A stretch of DNA of 64,000 nucleotides from IMG/VR virus record IMGVR_UViG_3300001373_000069; one strand, given 5' to 3'. The position numbers and the translations under genes are program-made. The notes below the pieces were generated by a model. That model was not told the origin of the DNA. It saw nothing but the letters and a program-made list of their open reading frames with translations, and made no database searches. The DNA comes from a virus (Duplodnaviria > Heunggongvirae > Uroviricota > Caudoviricetes). Below are positions 29,303 through 37,593 of this stretch, piece by piece; position 1 is the first letter of the stretch, and every line of letters begins with the position of its first letter.

Positions 29303-29971
29303 TTAGTCCGTTAGAGCACCAATGAACACATCTTCAATTGAACAATTATTCATTGCTGAATAGTCTTTACAGTCGACAATATCGAACTTAGCTCCTTCAG
29401 AAGTTAAGTCATCATCAAGCTTCTGCAGAAACCTGCTAGCGTCTGAATTCTGTCCAACCTGAACAAATGTGATACCGACTTCATCACGACCCTGGATACA
29501 TTCGGTAGTCTTCTTAATTACTTCGATAACACCAAATTTATCATCTGGTTCACCATCAGTCAATACAATGATAATCATTGGTTTAACTTTGATACTGAAA
29601 TCAATAGTAAATGGTCGTTTACCAATACCAAAGAAACCACTAGAAGCTTCTTTACGACGATTTAAGAATGGCTGTAAAGCTTTCTTCAATGCATCTGTAA
29701 GGTTAGTTGTACTGCCTGGCTCCTGTGTACGGAATATCTCATCGACTTTAGCAGAAGTAACATTAGTATAATGAGTAATGGCACTATCAAATAAGATTAC
29801 ATCGATACCATCAGAGTCATATGTTTCACACTTCTGAGCAATTACTTTAGCCCATTCTTTTTCTTGGTTCCATCTAGAAAGTCCTCCTGGACAGTCTGTG
29901 AAGTTAGTACTACCACTCTTATCAATTAAGATAACGTAGTCATACTTCGTAAAATCGATTTTACTTTCCAT
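29303..29971 (-). CDS. vWA domain protein (TerY-like)
   Basis: MIDAS 'ILIDKSGSTNF' near N-terminus. Confidence 0.65.
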   Translation of the reverse strand: MESKIDFTKYDYVILIDKSGSTNFTDCPGGLSRWNQEKEWAKVIAQKCETYDSDGIDVILFDSAITHYTNVTSAKVDEIFRTQEPGSTTNLTDALKKALQPFLNRRKEASSGFFGIGKRPFTIDFSIKVKPMIIIVLTDGEPDDKFGVIEVIKKTTECIQGRDEVGITFVQVGQNSDASRFLQKLDDDLTSEGAKFDIVDCKDYSAMNNCSIEDVFIGALTD

Positions 29972-30008
29972 AATAAAAAGAAAGGCTGTATAGTTACCTA
30001 CACAGCCT
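29971..30008 (-). terminator. Rho-independent terminator (AGGCTGTGTAGGTAACTATACAGCCT + U-run) after terD
   Basis: Inverted repeat 29984..30007 and plus-strand A-run 29971..29983. Confidence 0.55.
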
Positions 30009-30035
30009 TTATTTTACATGTTTGTTAGCCCGGTA

Positions 30036-30635
30036 CTAAATGTACAGAGCAGCAATTTCGTTGATGTTACCATTTTTACCTTCACCGATAGCCTGGAATT
30101 TCCATTCACCATCTTTCAGATACAATTTACCCATAACCATTCCGTTGAATGCGGAGTAGTCTTCAGATAGGTCGAATTTCATGATTTCAGCTTTGGTATC
30201 CCAATCATAAACACGCACGAATGCATTGTTTACCTGACCAAAGTTCTGATTTCCACGATCTTTTGCTTGGTAGATGTTAACACAGATAATGATCTGATCA
30301 ACACCGGCAGCCAATTTTGCAAAGTCAACCAAAATGGTTTCATCATCACCATCCCCTGCTCCAGTGAGGTTATCACCTGAATGAGCAATAGCTCCGGCAA
30401 GGATAGCTGGTTTACCGTCAGTTTTCGGAGATCCGAAGTAACAGATATGTCCAGGAGCATCAACCAGTTTACCACCGGTCAGTCCAAGAGCAAATCCATC
30501 AAGGTCATAGGCACTATCAGCACCACTATTAACATCCCAACCTAAACCAATTGCAGCTATTTTCAAGCCAGGGTTAGATTTTGTTAAATCAACACGTTCA
30601 CCTTTAGTAAGGTTCAAAGAAACATTCACTGTCAT
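30036..30635 (-). CDS. terD: TerD-family stress protein
   Basis: 'GERVDLTK..KIAAIGLGWDVNS..DLDGFALGLTGGKLV..HSGDNLTG' TerD domain hallmarks. Confidence 0.8.
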   Translation of the reverse strand: MTVNVSLNLTKGERVDLTKSNPGLKIAAIGLGWDVNSGADSAYDLDGFALGLTGGKLVDAPGHICYFGSPKTDGKPAILAGAIAHSGDNLTGAGDGDDETILVDFAKLAAGVDQIIICVNIYQAKDRGNQNFGQVNNAFVRVYDWDTKAEIMKFDLSEDYSAFNGMVMGKLYLKDGEWKFQAIGEGKNGNINEIAALYI

Positions 30636-30663
30636 AAGACTTTTGTTTTGTTATTTAATATAC

Positions 30664-30688
30664 TAATAAAAAAGACCACTCTATGGTC
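30664..30688 (-). terminator. Rho-independent terminator (GACCATAGAGTGGTC + UUUUUUAUU)
   Basis: Inverted repeat 30674..30688, A-run 30666..30673. Confidence 0.5.
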
Positions 30689-30691
30689 AAA

Positions 30692-31003
30692 TTAACTCAA
30701 GAACTTAGGCTCTTCTAAGAAGAACTCTTTGTACAGGATACTGGCTTGTTCCAATTCTTTTTTCGTAAGATCCCTTGCTAAGGCAGCTTCTCTTATCGGT
30801 TTCCATTCCTGTGAATCTTTTGATGCTACAATAGCTTTCTCAAGCTTTGTTTCACATTCAATAACTTTGGACTGTAGCGCAAAAAGATCAACTTCTGCTT
30901 TAGCCCTTAGATTAGCTTGTGCACGACTCTGTTTAATAGAATCCCAAGCAGCTTCTGTACGTTCCCATACAGTTTGTAGTAACGATTTCTTTTCTGTGCT
31001 CAT
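30692..31003 (-). CDS. hypothetical protein (103 aa)
   Basis: ORF track. Confidence 0.45.
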   Translation of the reverse strand: MSTEKKSLLQTVWERTEAAWDSIKQSRAQANLRAKAEVDLFALQSKVIECETKLEKAIVASKDSQEWKPIREAALARDLTKKELEQASILYKEFFLEEPKFLS

Positions 31004-31278
31004 AAAAATAGCATTAACATTTTCTTAGCTAACCCATATGTGGGCTCAACGTCAAATGGTGAAGGGATAAAAGCTTTTCGACCTTTATTGTGGTTATATG
31101 ATAATATAAATTCCTTACAGTATCTACGCCCAGTATTCATATCCTGAATCTCAACAGTAATTCTACCTTCATCGGGTTCCTTGATCTCTATAATAGGGTC
31201 TCTACCTATTCCATATGAATCAAAAGGATTATACCCCATCATACGCCGGCGCTCATAATCATCATAACTTAACGGCAT
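31000..31278 (-). CDS. hypothetical protein (92 aa)
   Basis: ORF track. Confidence 0.45.
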   Translation of the reverse strand: MPLSYDDYERRRMMGYNPFDSYGIGRDPIIEIKEPDEGRITVEIQDMNTGRRYCKEFILSYNHNKGRKAFIPSPFDVEPTYGLAKKMLMLFL

Positions 31279-31318
31279 AATACCAACTATTTACTTAATA
31301 CTAGGTTACCCCCTATAG

Positions 31319-31463
31319 ATGTACTAGAGGGACTTGAACCCCCGACCCCGCCCTCCCAGGCACGTATACTGTCAGTCTAGTCTCTTGTACTTCAAGACTT
31401 CAAACAACTTATCGTCGACGGTGGTGTTTTAACCACTACTCTAACCAACTGAGCTATAGTACA
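31319..31463 (-). ncRNA. tRNA-like element (145 nt): tRNA-Ile paralogue with ~65-nt insertion between anticodon arm and T-arm, and a non-canonical (6- or 8-nt) anticodon loop
   Basis: Perfect 7-bp acceptor TGTACTA/TAGTACA. D-arm is TAGCTCAGTTGGTTAGAGT. The 24-nt T-arm segment gagggacttgaacccccgaccccg is identical to tRNA-Ile at 36038..36061. Anticodon region is GTGGT-TAAAAC-ACCAC, followed by CGTCGACGATAAG..GGGAGGGC before the T stem. Confidence 0.55.
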
Positions 31464-31467
31464 TTTG

Positions 31468-31540
31468 ATGTGATGGTGGGATTCGAACCCACGGCATACC
31501 CCGGGTTAGGGAGCTGCTCTACCAACTGAGCTACATCACA
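31468..31540 (-). tRNA. tRNA (73 nt), anticodon loop CUAACCC: formal anticodon AAC (Val) with C37; assignment uncertain
   Basis: Acceptor TGTGATG/CATCACA, D-arm TAGCTCAGTTGGTAGAGC, T-arm GTGGGTTCGAATCCCAC. Confidence 0.65.
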
Positions 31541-31550
31541 AACATTATTT

Positions 31551-32429
31551 TTACTTCAAATTGATCATTGGAATACTGCTACCAGTAACCTGAGGTAGAT
31601 GACCATCCCATTGTAGAATTTTCTGATACTCAATAAGAGCAGGAGTAATAGCAGCAGCCTTCAACCTATTAGCTTTAGATTCAGCAGTAGCAGCAATGGT
31701 AAGAGCATCGGCTTCTCCCTGAGCAACAGCAACTTTCTTAGCAGCTTCGGCTTCGGTGGCTCTCAACTCATTCTCACGTTGTTGGGCAATTTGTGTAGCT
31801 TCGATCTTAGAATTAATAGCTTTCTTAACCGATTCCGGTACTTTGATACGACCGATCCAGTAGATTTCTTCAATAATAATTCCAAGAGGCTCACATTGTG
31901 CAATCACATTCTTTTTAATAGTAGACATTAACCCTGTTTTACCTGCTCCATAAATATCAGCTACATCCATAGTGGAAGACGCATTCACAAGAGCATTTCT
32001 AACCATATTCCGCAAATAGATATGAGTAACTTCATCTAATCCTTTCTGATATTTCTGAAAGATTACATCTGCTTTATCCGGTTGTATATGATATGTAATA
32101 CCAAGATCAGCATTTAACTCCAAACCCTGAATATCCTGAAAATTAAAGGACTCATCATTAGGACTACCTTCAGTTGAATCTGATGTCCATACATAGTTCT
32201 GTGTAAACGTTGGAAACGCATATAAAGTGGTATTAATACCAACAGTATAACGCCCTGGAGTCAACTCAACAGTATTAACACCTTTGTTCGAACCGAATTT
32301 GGTTACTTTGACGGCAACCGTACCCGGCTCAACGTCTTTAATTTTACATGACGAAAACATAATTGCCCCAAGTAGGACAAACAAGATAACATTTAATTTA
32401 CTTCTCATTTTAGTACAACTGTTTAACAA
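31551..32429 (-). CDS. SPFH/band-7 (prohibitin/HflK-like) domain lipoprotein
   Basis: Lipobox-like 'MFSSC'; SPFH core and C-terminal coiled region 'AQQRENELRATEAEAAKKVAVAQGEADA'. Confidence 0.65.
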   Translation of the reverse strand: MLNSCTKMRSKLNVILFVLLGAIMFSSCKIKDVEPGTVAVKVTKFGSNKGVNTVELTPGRYTVGINTTLYAFPTFTQNYVWTSDSTEGSPNDESFNFQDIQGLELNADLGITYHIQPDKADVIFQKYQKGLDEVTHIYLRNMVRNALVNASSTMDVADIYGAGKTGLMSTIKKNVIAQCEPLGIIIEEIYWIGRIKVPESVKKAINSKIEATQIAQQRENELRATEAEAAKKVAVAQGEADALTIAATAESKANRLKAAAITPALIEYQKILQWDGHLPQVTGSSIPMINLK

Positions 32430-32607
32430 GTTTGATAATATAACGAATCACAAGAAAAATGATGACTGGCATCACAAATAATGAACCAAGGCCCAGGAAG
32501 ACTACAGTATCTGAATTTGTGCTCATAACAGCAGGAAAAAAGATACCAACATAGAGAAACAAAATGACTATTAATAGACATATTGCTAAATACAATTTTA
32601 ACTTCAT
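32410..32607 (-). CDS. small membrane protein (65 aa)
   Basis: ORF track; two hydrophobic helices. Confidence 0.4.
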   Translation of the reverse strand: MKLKLYLAICLLIVILFLYVGIFFPAVMSTNSDTVVFLGLGSLFVMPVIIFLVIRYIIKLVKQLY

Positions 32608-32709
32608 TTTATATTTGTATTAAATGGTTTCAAGGGAGAAAGGTATCGAGACTCATTTCCGCGACGGTCTCTGTTGGATATCTCCGCTTTCGTATAATAC
32701 CTTTCTTTG

Positions 32710-32781
32710 TGGGGATGATGGGATTCGAACCCAAGCCTCCGAGCTTTTAGACCCGGTATTCAACCGCCGAACTGCGCCCCC
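32710..32781 (-). tRNA. tRNA-like gene (72 nt) with apparent 8-nt anticodon loop UCUAAAAG (contains CUA/UAA triplets); anticodon undetermined
   Basis: Acceptor GGGGGCG/CATCCCC (one mismatch), D-arm GTTC-GGCGGTT-GAAT, anticodon stem CCGGG/CTCGG, T-arm TGGGTTCGAATCCCA. Confidence 0.5.
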
Positions 32782-32786
32782 AACTA

Positions 32787-33380
32787 TTACTCTCCTTGGA
32801 GAATGTTAATTATATCCCAATACGGAACATCCTTTTCCTTACATGCTTGTATTATCTGCTCAGTAGAGTATATTGGTTTATGAGCTCTTACATATGTATC
32901 GCGTGACTCTTTATACCGGAAATACTTCCAGTTAGCAGTATTTCTACCCATTCTAAGACGTATCCATAATTCAAGACTAGTGGTTTCTTTTTCATTCCAC
33001 CCTTCTTTAGGCAATAAAGAATAAATAGGAACATTACAACCAAGAAGATGACAGTCTTCTAAGCGTATATTAATCTCATCGATAAGATGCTTTTCAGCTG
33101 CTTCACGCGAACTAAATACTTCTTTCTCCATACCATCTAAGTCGTATTTACTAACAATGAAATTAGATACTTTACACATAGTATTATATACCCAACAGGT
33201 CTCCCCTTCATGGATATCTACACCATCCACTGATCGTATAGCTACTCTAGAAGCAACTTTTTCCCAAAACTCAGGATATTTCTCTGGTTGTATAGTAAAC
33301 CATTCATTAGTTGTACTGACAATCACCTTACCAAGTTGAGGAGAGCCTGGATACTCTTTCTTTAATTTATAAGATTTCAT
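32787..33380 (-). CDS. hypothetical protein (197 aa)
   Basis: ORF track. Confidence 0.5.
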   Translation of the reverse strand: MKSYKLKKEYPGSPQLGKVIVSTTNEWFTIQPEKYPEFWEKVASRVAIRSVDGVDIHEGETCWVYNTMCKVSNFIVSKYDLDGMEKEVFSSREAAEKHLIDEINIRLEDCHLLGCNVPIYSLLPKEGWNEKETTSLELWIRLRMGRNTANWKYFRYKESRDTYVRAHKPIYSTEQIIQACKEKDVPYWDIINILQGE

Positions 33381-34456
33381 AAACGTCTGATTATTAATTA
33401 CTTAGTGGAGATGGCGGGAATCGCCTTAAAAAATAATTTCGCACAGTTCCATATTTATTATTATAATGCTATTATACATTATAAAACATAAAGATATGAA
33501 AACAATTAATTGTACATGTAACTACTGTAATAAATCTGATGAAGAACACATTAACACATAACCAAACAGTAGAATTTTTACAAGAAATAGCAAAATTAAT
33601 AAATACTTAACTTTCGTTAAGGGTTGGACTATATCATCACCCGTTCTGGGTGTCGGATGCTCTAGGCTCACCTTAGTGTCCTTAGTCTCTGAACCTTCCT
33701 CATTCTTCCATGAGGCTCGGCTGCTGATTGACATGTAAATTAAATAGCGTTCAGTATGTACTGCTTCACTTTAATGGGCTCTACATAGTCCCAACTATTT
33801 AATTTATTTAGCTTTCCAGCAATTCTTCCAATTATTTAACTGAGTATTCCTACTCAGTGGGTCCGATTCCTTTTAAACCCGCGTCCAAACATCCGGTAAT
33901 ATTAGTGCTACTTACGTGCGTAGCTGGAATGACGTCCAGCACCTAGGACCAACTGTTTACAGCTGGAGCTCCACCACCTTATTTTGAGAAAACAAGGAAA
34001 ACAACTTGCTGATTTTCTGTTTCTAGGATCACAGCTACCCAATCGCCATATTAAGCTGCAAGAGCCGTAGCGAAAGACATTACGCGAACGTTGTCCTCTA
34101 TAGTTCGATGGACTACCATCATCTTGCACGGACTAATACCCACTGACAATGCTGTCAAAACCAGTCATCCCCGATTATTATTTCATTCGATATAATCCAT
34201 AACAGAGCCACATAATAACTGAAAATTCAACATCTTTTGTTGTAATTAATTCAACGATAGTTATTAGTGTAATACAGAACATAGCAGGATGTTTTATGAA
34301 TACTTCTTTCATTCGATATCAATTTGAATAAACGACATTGTTAGAAAAGATACACCAGTACAAAATGCAATGACTTTGATTGGTTCAGTAGAGGGATATA
34401 GATCAGGGTGCATAATAGAGAATGCTATGAAAAGCATACCCACAACAATACCCCAT

Positions 34457-34864
34457 CTAACTTTTGTTTTCTTTCGCATTATCTTCGTAGTATTTAATAT
34501 AAAGTGCTTGTTGTCTAATTCCTTCAACAAACCCAGCCATTCTAGCTGCTTTAAAGGATCTCTTTCTGCCTTGGATCATACCATTGGCATCAGCGAGTAA
34601 AAGTACAGCAGCTTTTAATTGTTTAGCGTCTTCACACTGGTTAACAGTTTCATAACCACACATTGATTTGAATCCTTCCACAGCATTAAATCCGTATATA
34701 AGCTCTTCAGCATTACTTACCAAATCTCTACCCCAATTATTTAAAGTATCTTCTGGTTTGGGACTACCATAATCTCTAAGATACTCACCTACATGTTTAA
34801 CAAATGATAACAATGTCACATACCAATGGTGACTACCGATTGGTGAATTAGTACTACTTTCCAT
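34457..34864 (-). CDS. hypothetical protein (135 aa)
   Basis: ORF track. Confidence 0.45.
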   Translation of the reverse strand: MESSTNSPIGSHHWYVTLLSFVKHVGEYLRDYGSPKPEDTLNNWGRDLVSNAEELIYGFNAVEGFKSMCGYETVNQCEDAKQLKAAVLLLADANGMIQGRKRSFKAARMAGFVEGIRQQALYIKYYEDNAKENKS

Positions 34865-34965
34865 ATAATGAATAGTTTAGATTATTAGTAAACAGCCCAC
34901 TTAACACTCGGTATAGATGTATAGGGCTGTAGGCACTGGGATACTATCCCGGTGGGGGATACCGA

Positions 34966-35292
34966 TCATCTCTTTCGAAAGCGATCTTTACGTATAAAGT
35001 CAAAGTGTAGTGTATCACCCACCTTGTACTTAAAATCAATAAACCCGGGAAGATTAATACTATTAAGAGTAGTAATCATACTAGTATCCTGTAGACACTG
35101 AACAATAACAAACGATTCAGGAACAACAAAGTTGTTGACGGGCTTATAATGACCATCTGATACAACAATGCATTTAACATTGTAGTACTTAGGTATACGT
35201 AAGTCTTCTCTTATCTTTAGACCATAGAAAGCAGCTATAAACAAAGCCATAGCAACAAAACACATAGTCATCAGATCATCTAGTTGTCTCAT
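34966..35292 (-). CDS. hypothetical membrane protein (108 aa)
   Basis: N-terminal TM helix 'MTMCFVAMALFIAAFYGL'. Confidence 0.45.
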   Translation of the reverse strand: MRQLDDLMTMCFVAMALFIAAFYGLKIREDLRIPKYYNVKCIVVSDGHYKPVNNFVVPESFVIVQCLQDTSMITTLNSINLPGFIDFKYKVGDTLHFDFIRKDRFRKR

Positions 35293-35312
35293 GAATTTAA
35301 TTTAGAGTTAGA

Positions 35313-35386
35313 GGACACGGAGGGATTCGAACCCACGGTTGTACGGATTTGCAGTCCGTTCCCTTGAGCCGCTCGGGCACATGTCC
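35313..35386 (-). tRNA. tRNA-Cys (GCA)
   Basis: Acceptor GGACATG/CGTGTCC, anticodon stem ACGGA/TCCGT, loop CUGCAAA, T-loop TTCGAAT. Confidence 0.8.
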
Positions 35387-35469
35387 ATTTGTGGCTGGAA
35401 TCAGTTGTACACCCTGTCCAGCGAGACTGTCTATGTGCCTTTCGGCAGAGATTACGACAACACCATTTG

Positions 35470-35543
35470 TAGCGGGAACAGGACTCGAACCTGTGACCTC
35501 CGGGTTATGGGCCCGGCGAGCTGACCAACTGCTCCACCCCGCT
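35470..35543 (-). tRNA. tRNA-Met (CAT), initiator-like (three G-C pairs closing the anticodon stem; close to E. coli tRNA-fMet)
   Basis: AGCGGGGTGGAGCAGTTGGTCAGCTCGCCGGGCCCATAACCCGGAGGTCACAGGTTCGAGTCCTGTTCCCGCTA. Confidence 0.75.
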
Positions 35544-35713
35544 ATTTATCTTTCTGCAACATGATGACATGGTTTCTTATACTTGTACGAATCAAAGATC
35601 TCTTCTTTAAGCTTGTCTGCTTTAATGACATCACCCTTAGACTTTAACTCATTATAAGCTGTCCATCTTTCATCGTCGCTAATGTTTGGTTTCTTTTCTC
35701 TTTTCATTGTATT

Positions 35714-35789
35714 ATTACTAGTAGTGGCAAACGGATTTGAACCGCTGACCTCCGATCACCTCCTGACCGACGCTCTAACCGTTGAGCTA
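35714..35789 (-). tRNA. tRNA-like gene (76 nt) with non-canonical anticodon arm; loop region reads CAGGAGGUGAUC (11-nt perfect Shine-Dalgarno / complement of 16S 3' end GAUCACCUCCU)
   Basis: Acceptor TGTGGTG/TGCCACT (1:72 mismatch), canonical D-arm TAGCTCAACGGTTAGAGC, T-arm AGCGGTTCAAATCCGTT. Only 9-nt-loop (TCGGT/ATCGG) or U33-less 7-nt-loop pairings are possible. Confidence 0.5.
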
Positions 35790-36029
35790 CACCACAATAT
35801 GTCTTTACCTATACAGTTCTAAGCCTGTAATATTAAACCTCAAGGGAACACTGGAATTGACACCAGTTACGCAGATTCCTCCACGATGGACTACCTTAAG
35901 CCTTTTTGATCTAACAACCTCAACAAACAGCGTTCCCTTAGAAGAACTACAAGTTGCGTTTGTAAGTGCTCCGCCGTATGGGTGTCAATCCACCGATCTT
36001 CCTTGTTGCTTGTTTATGGTAGGTAAAAG

Positions 36030-36103
36030 TTGAGAGTGAGGGACTTGAACCCCCGACCCCGAAAGTATCAGTTTCGTGCTCTAACCAACTGAGCTAACTC
36101 TCA
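36030..36103 (-). tRNA. tRNA-Ile (GAT)
   Basis: Acceptor TGAGAGT/ACTCTCA, anticodon stem CGAAA/TTTCG, loop CUGAUAC. Confidence 0.85.
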
Positions 36104-36239
36104 ATACAAACAGGAGACACTTGTTTTTCTCACCTTAGAAGTTTGAATTGCTGTATGTCTCCTTAGTAACAGGGGTCTGTTAACGTGTCAAATTAAAAGT
36201 TTGATGTTTGTTTGCTTGCTGCAAGACCCCTTATTATTT

Positions 36240-36461
36240 TTACATAGCTGGATTTTCTACCCAGCCAGGTTTCAGCTTATCCATTTTGGTTAGCTGACCT
36301 GTGTAATCTTCGTATTTATCCCATTCCCCGGCACAGTGAAACACCACAAAACAATACCCACCCATTACATCAGGTGGCACTGTCTTAACTTTACCATTCT
36401 CGTACTTTTCGGGAGGACAATTAGGATAAGGTTCATAATGAACTAAATCTCCTTTTTTCAT
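36240..36461 (-). CDS. hypothetical protein (73 aa), paralogue of 39597..39857
   Basis: Shared 'GD(L/K)VHY.PY..C...E..NG.VK' and C-terminal 'W(V/E)' motifs. Confidence 0.5.
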   Translation of the reverse strand: MKKGDLVHYEPYPNCPPEKYENGKVKTVPPDVMGGYCFVVFHCAGEWDKYEDYTGQLTKMDKLKPGWVENPAM

Positions 36462-37171
36462 TATCTAAAAGTATTGTTGGGGAACATTTTTGGTAAATCG
36501 CTGTAAGCCATTAGTATGGCACCCTCTGGTAAATCAGTATTACCCTTACCATCATACTCAATTCCTGCTTGAAGTATATGTGGAACACCATCTTTCATAA
36601 AGAAACCATCGATATATGCATAGTAAACCTTGCCTTTAATGTAATGACTACCAAATAGTACATTATCATCCGCATCATAAATCTTCTTAAGAAATTGTTC
36701 CGGAAGTTCTTTGAATGGATAAGGACCAGATACCGAATATCTACCCTTATGAAACTCTTTGAGGGCATTGAATTCCTTATCAGCAAATTGCTCTGGAGTT
36801 AAATATGACAGACCCTCGATACCAATTTGTACATAGCAACGATTCCACTCTTGGTCAGTGTGGGTAGATGCTATTAAACAAATAGTTGTGTCAGGGTACG
36901 ATGGATGTTGTTTTATCTCTATGATCTCATACTTATACTCTTTATAAATAGGAGTCTTACTTTTTAACTTCTTAGGTTCACGTTTGTTAACAGTACCCTT
37001 AAGAGTTAAGTTGGGTTCATATTCATATTTCCAATGAAAATCAATATCACAATAATCAGGTAATTTAGTTTCCCAATTAAACACAGACTTATGTTCTCCA
37101 TTCTCCCATGTCCACATAGTAGAATAGATCTTATTCCAATTTACTACAAATACCTTATCTCCTACTTGCAT
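36461..37171 (-). CDS. hypothetical protein (236 aa)
   Basis: ORF track. Confidence 0.5.
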   Translation of the reverse strand: MQVGDKVFVVNWNKIYSTMWTWENGEHKSVFNWETKLPDYCDIDFHWKYEYEPNLTLKGTVNKREPKKLKSKTPIYKEYKYEIIEIKQHPSYPDTTICLIASTHTDQEWNRCYVQIGIEGLSYLTPEQFADKEFNALKEFHKGRYSVSGPYPFKELPEQFLKKIYDADDNVLFGSHYIKGKVYYAYIDGFFMKDGVPHILQAGIEYDGKGNTDLPEGAILMAYSDLPKMFPNNTFR

Positions 37172-37409
37172 ACAATTCCTCCCATTTAAGACTAGCTATA
37201 AGCCAGAAGTTTAATTTCTCAGGAGATGAATCCCATTTAAACCCATTAGCAAGTAATTCACTAGCATGGGTAATATCCATTTCATTACGTATAAGACAGT
37301 TTGCTTCAAACTTATCAAACAAGTCGTTTTCACGTAAGAATAGTTCAAACATTGCTAAGTCAGCCTTATTAACAAACTTAAGCATTCTAGCTCTATACTC
37401 TTCAAACAT
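37155..37409 (-). CDS. hypothetical protein (84 aa)
   Basis: ORF track. Confidence 0.45.
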   Translation of the reverse strand: MFEEYRARMLKFVNKADLAMFELFLRENDLFDKFEANCLIRNEMDITHASELLANGFKWDSSPEKLNFWLIASLKWEELYASRR

Positions 37410-37430
37410 ATGATTTAATTTATTAATTAG

Positions 37431-37502
37431 TAAGCAGGGAAGGATTCGAACCTTCGCTATTCATTCCACAGCCATGCGTGTCTACCACTGCACCACCTGC
37501 TC
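37431..37502 (-). tRNA. tRNA-like gene or pseudogene (72 nt): good acceptor, D- and T-arms but no base-paired anticodon stem
   Basis: Acceptor GAGCAGG/CCTGCTT, T-arm GAAGGTTCGAATCCTTC. Positions 27-43 (CATGGCTGTGGAATGAA) have no complementary 5-mers. Confidence 0.4.
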
Positions 37503-37593
37503 ATGTACCCCACCGAGTCAGTATCCTTCTAAGGGTGGGGTCTCTTGTGTAATTGCGTATTCAGATGTATTTATCTTAAGGCTATCATTTCTT

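Noticed and set aside
33522-34129. Two ~70-aa minus-strand ORFs (33522..33734, 33908..34129)
   Set aside because: Cys/Arg/Ser-rich low-complexity translations inside a GC-shifted non-coding-looking region; probably spurious.
35339-35564. Plus-strand ORFs of 61 and 71 aa from the ORF track
   Set aside because: They lie entirely across the minus-strand tRNA-Cys and tRNA-Met genes and their spacer; the translations are low-complexity artefacts.
35714-35789. Use of the tRNA-embedded AGGAGGUGAUC as a ribosome-binding site for the small downstream ORF (~35545..35718)
   Set aside because: The spacing to the ATG is ~55 nt, which is far too long for Shine-Dalgarno function; the match is reported only as an oddity.
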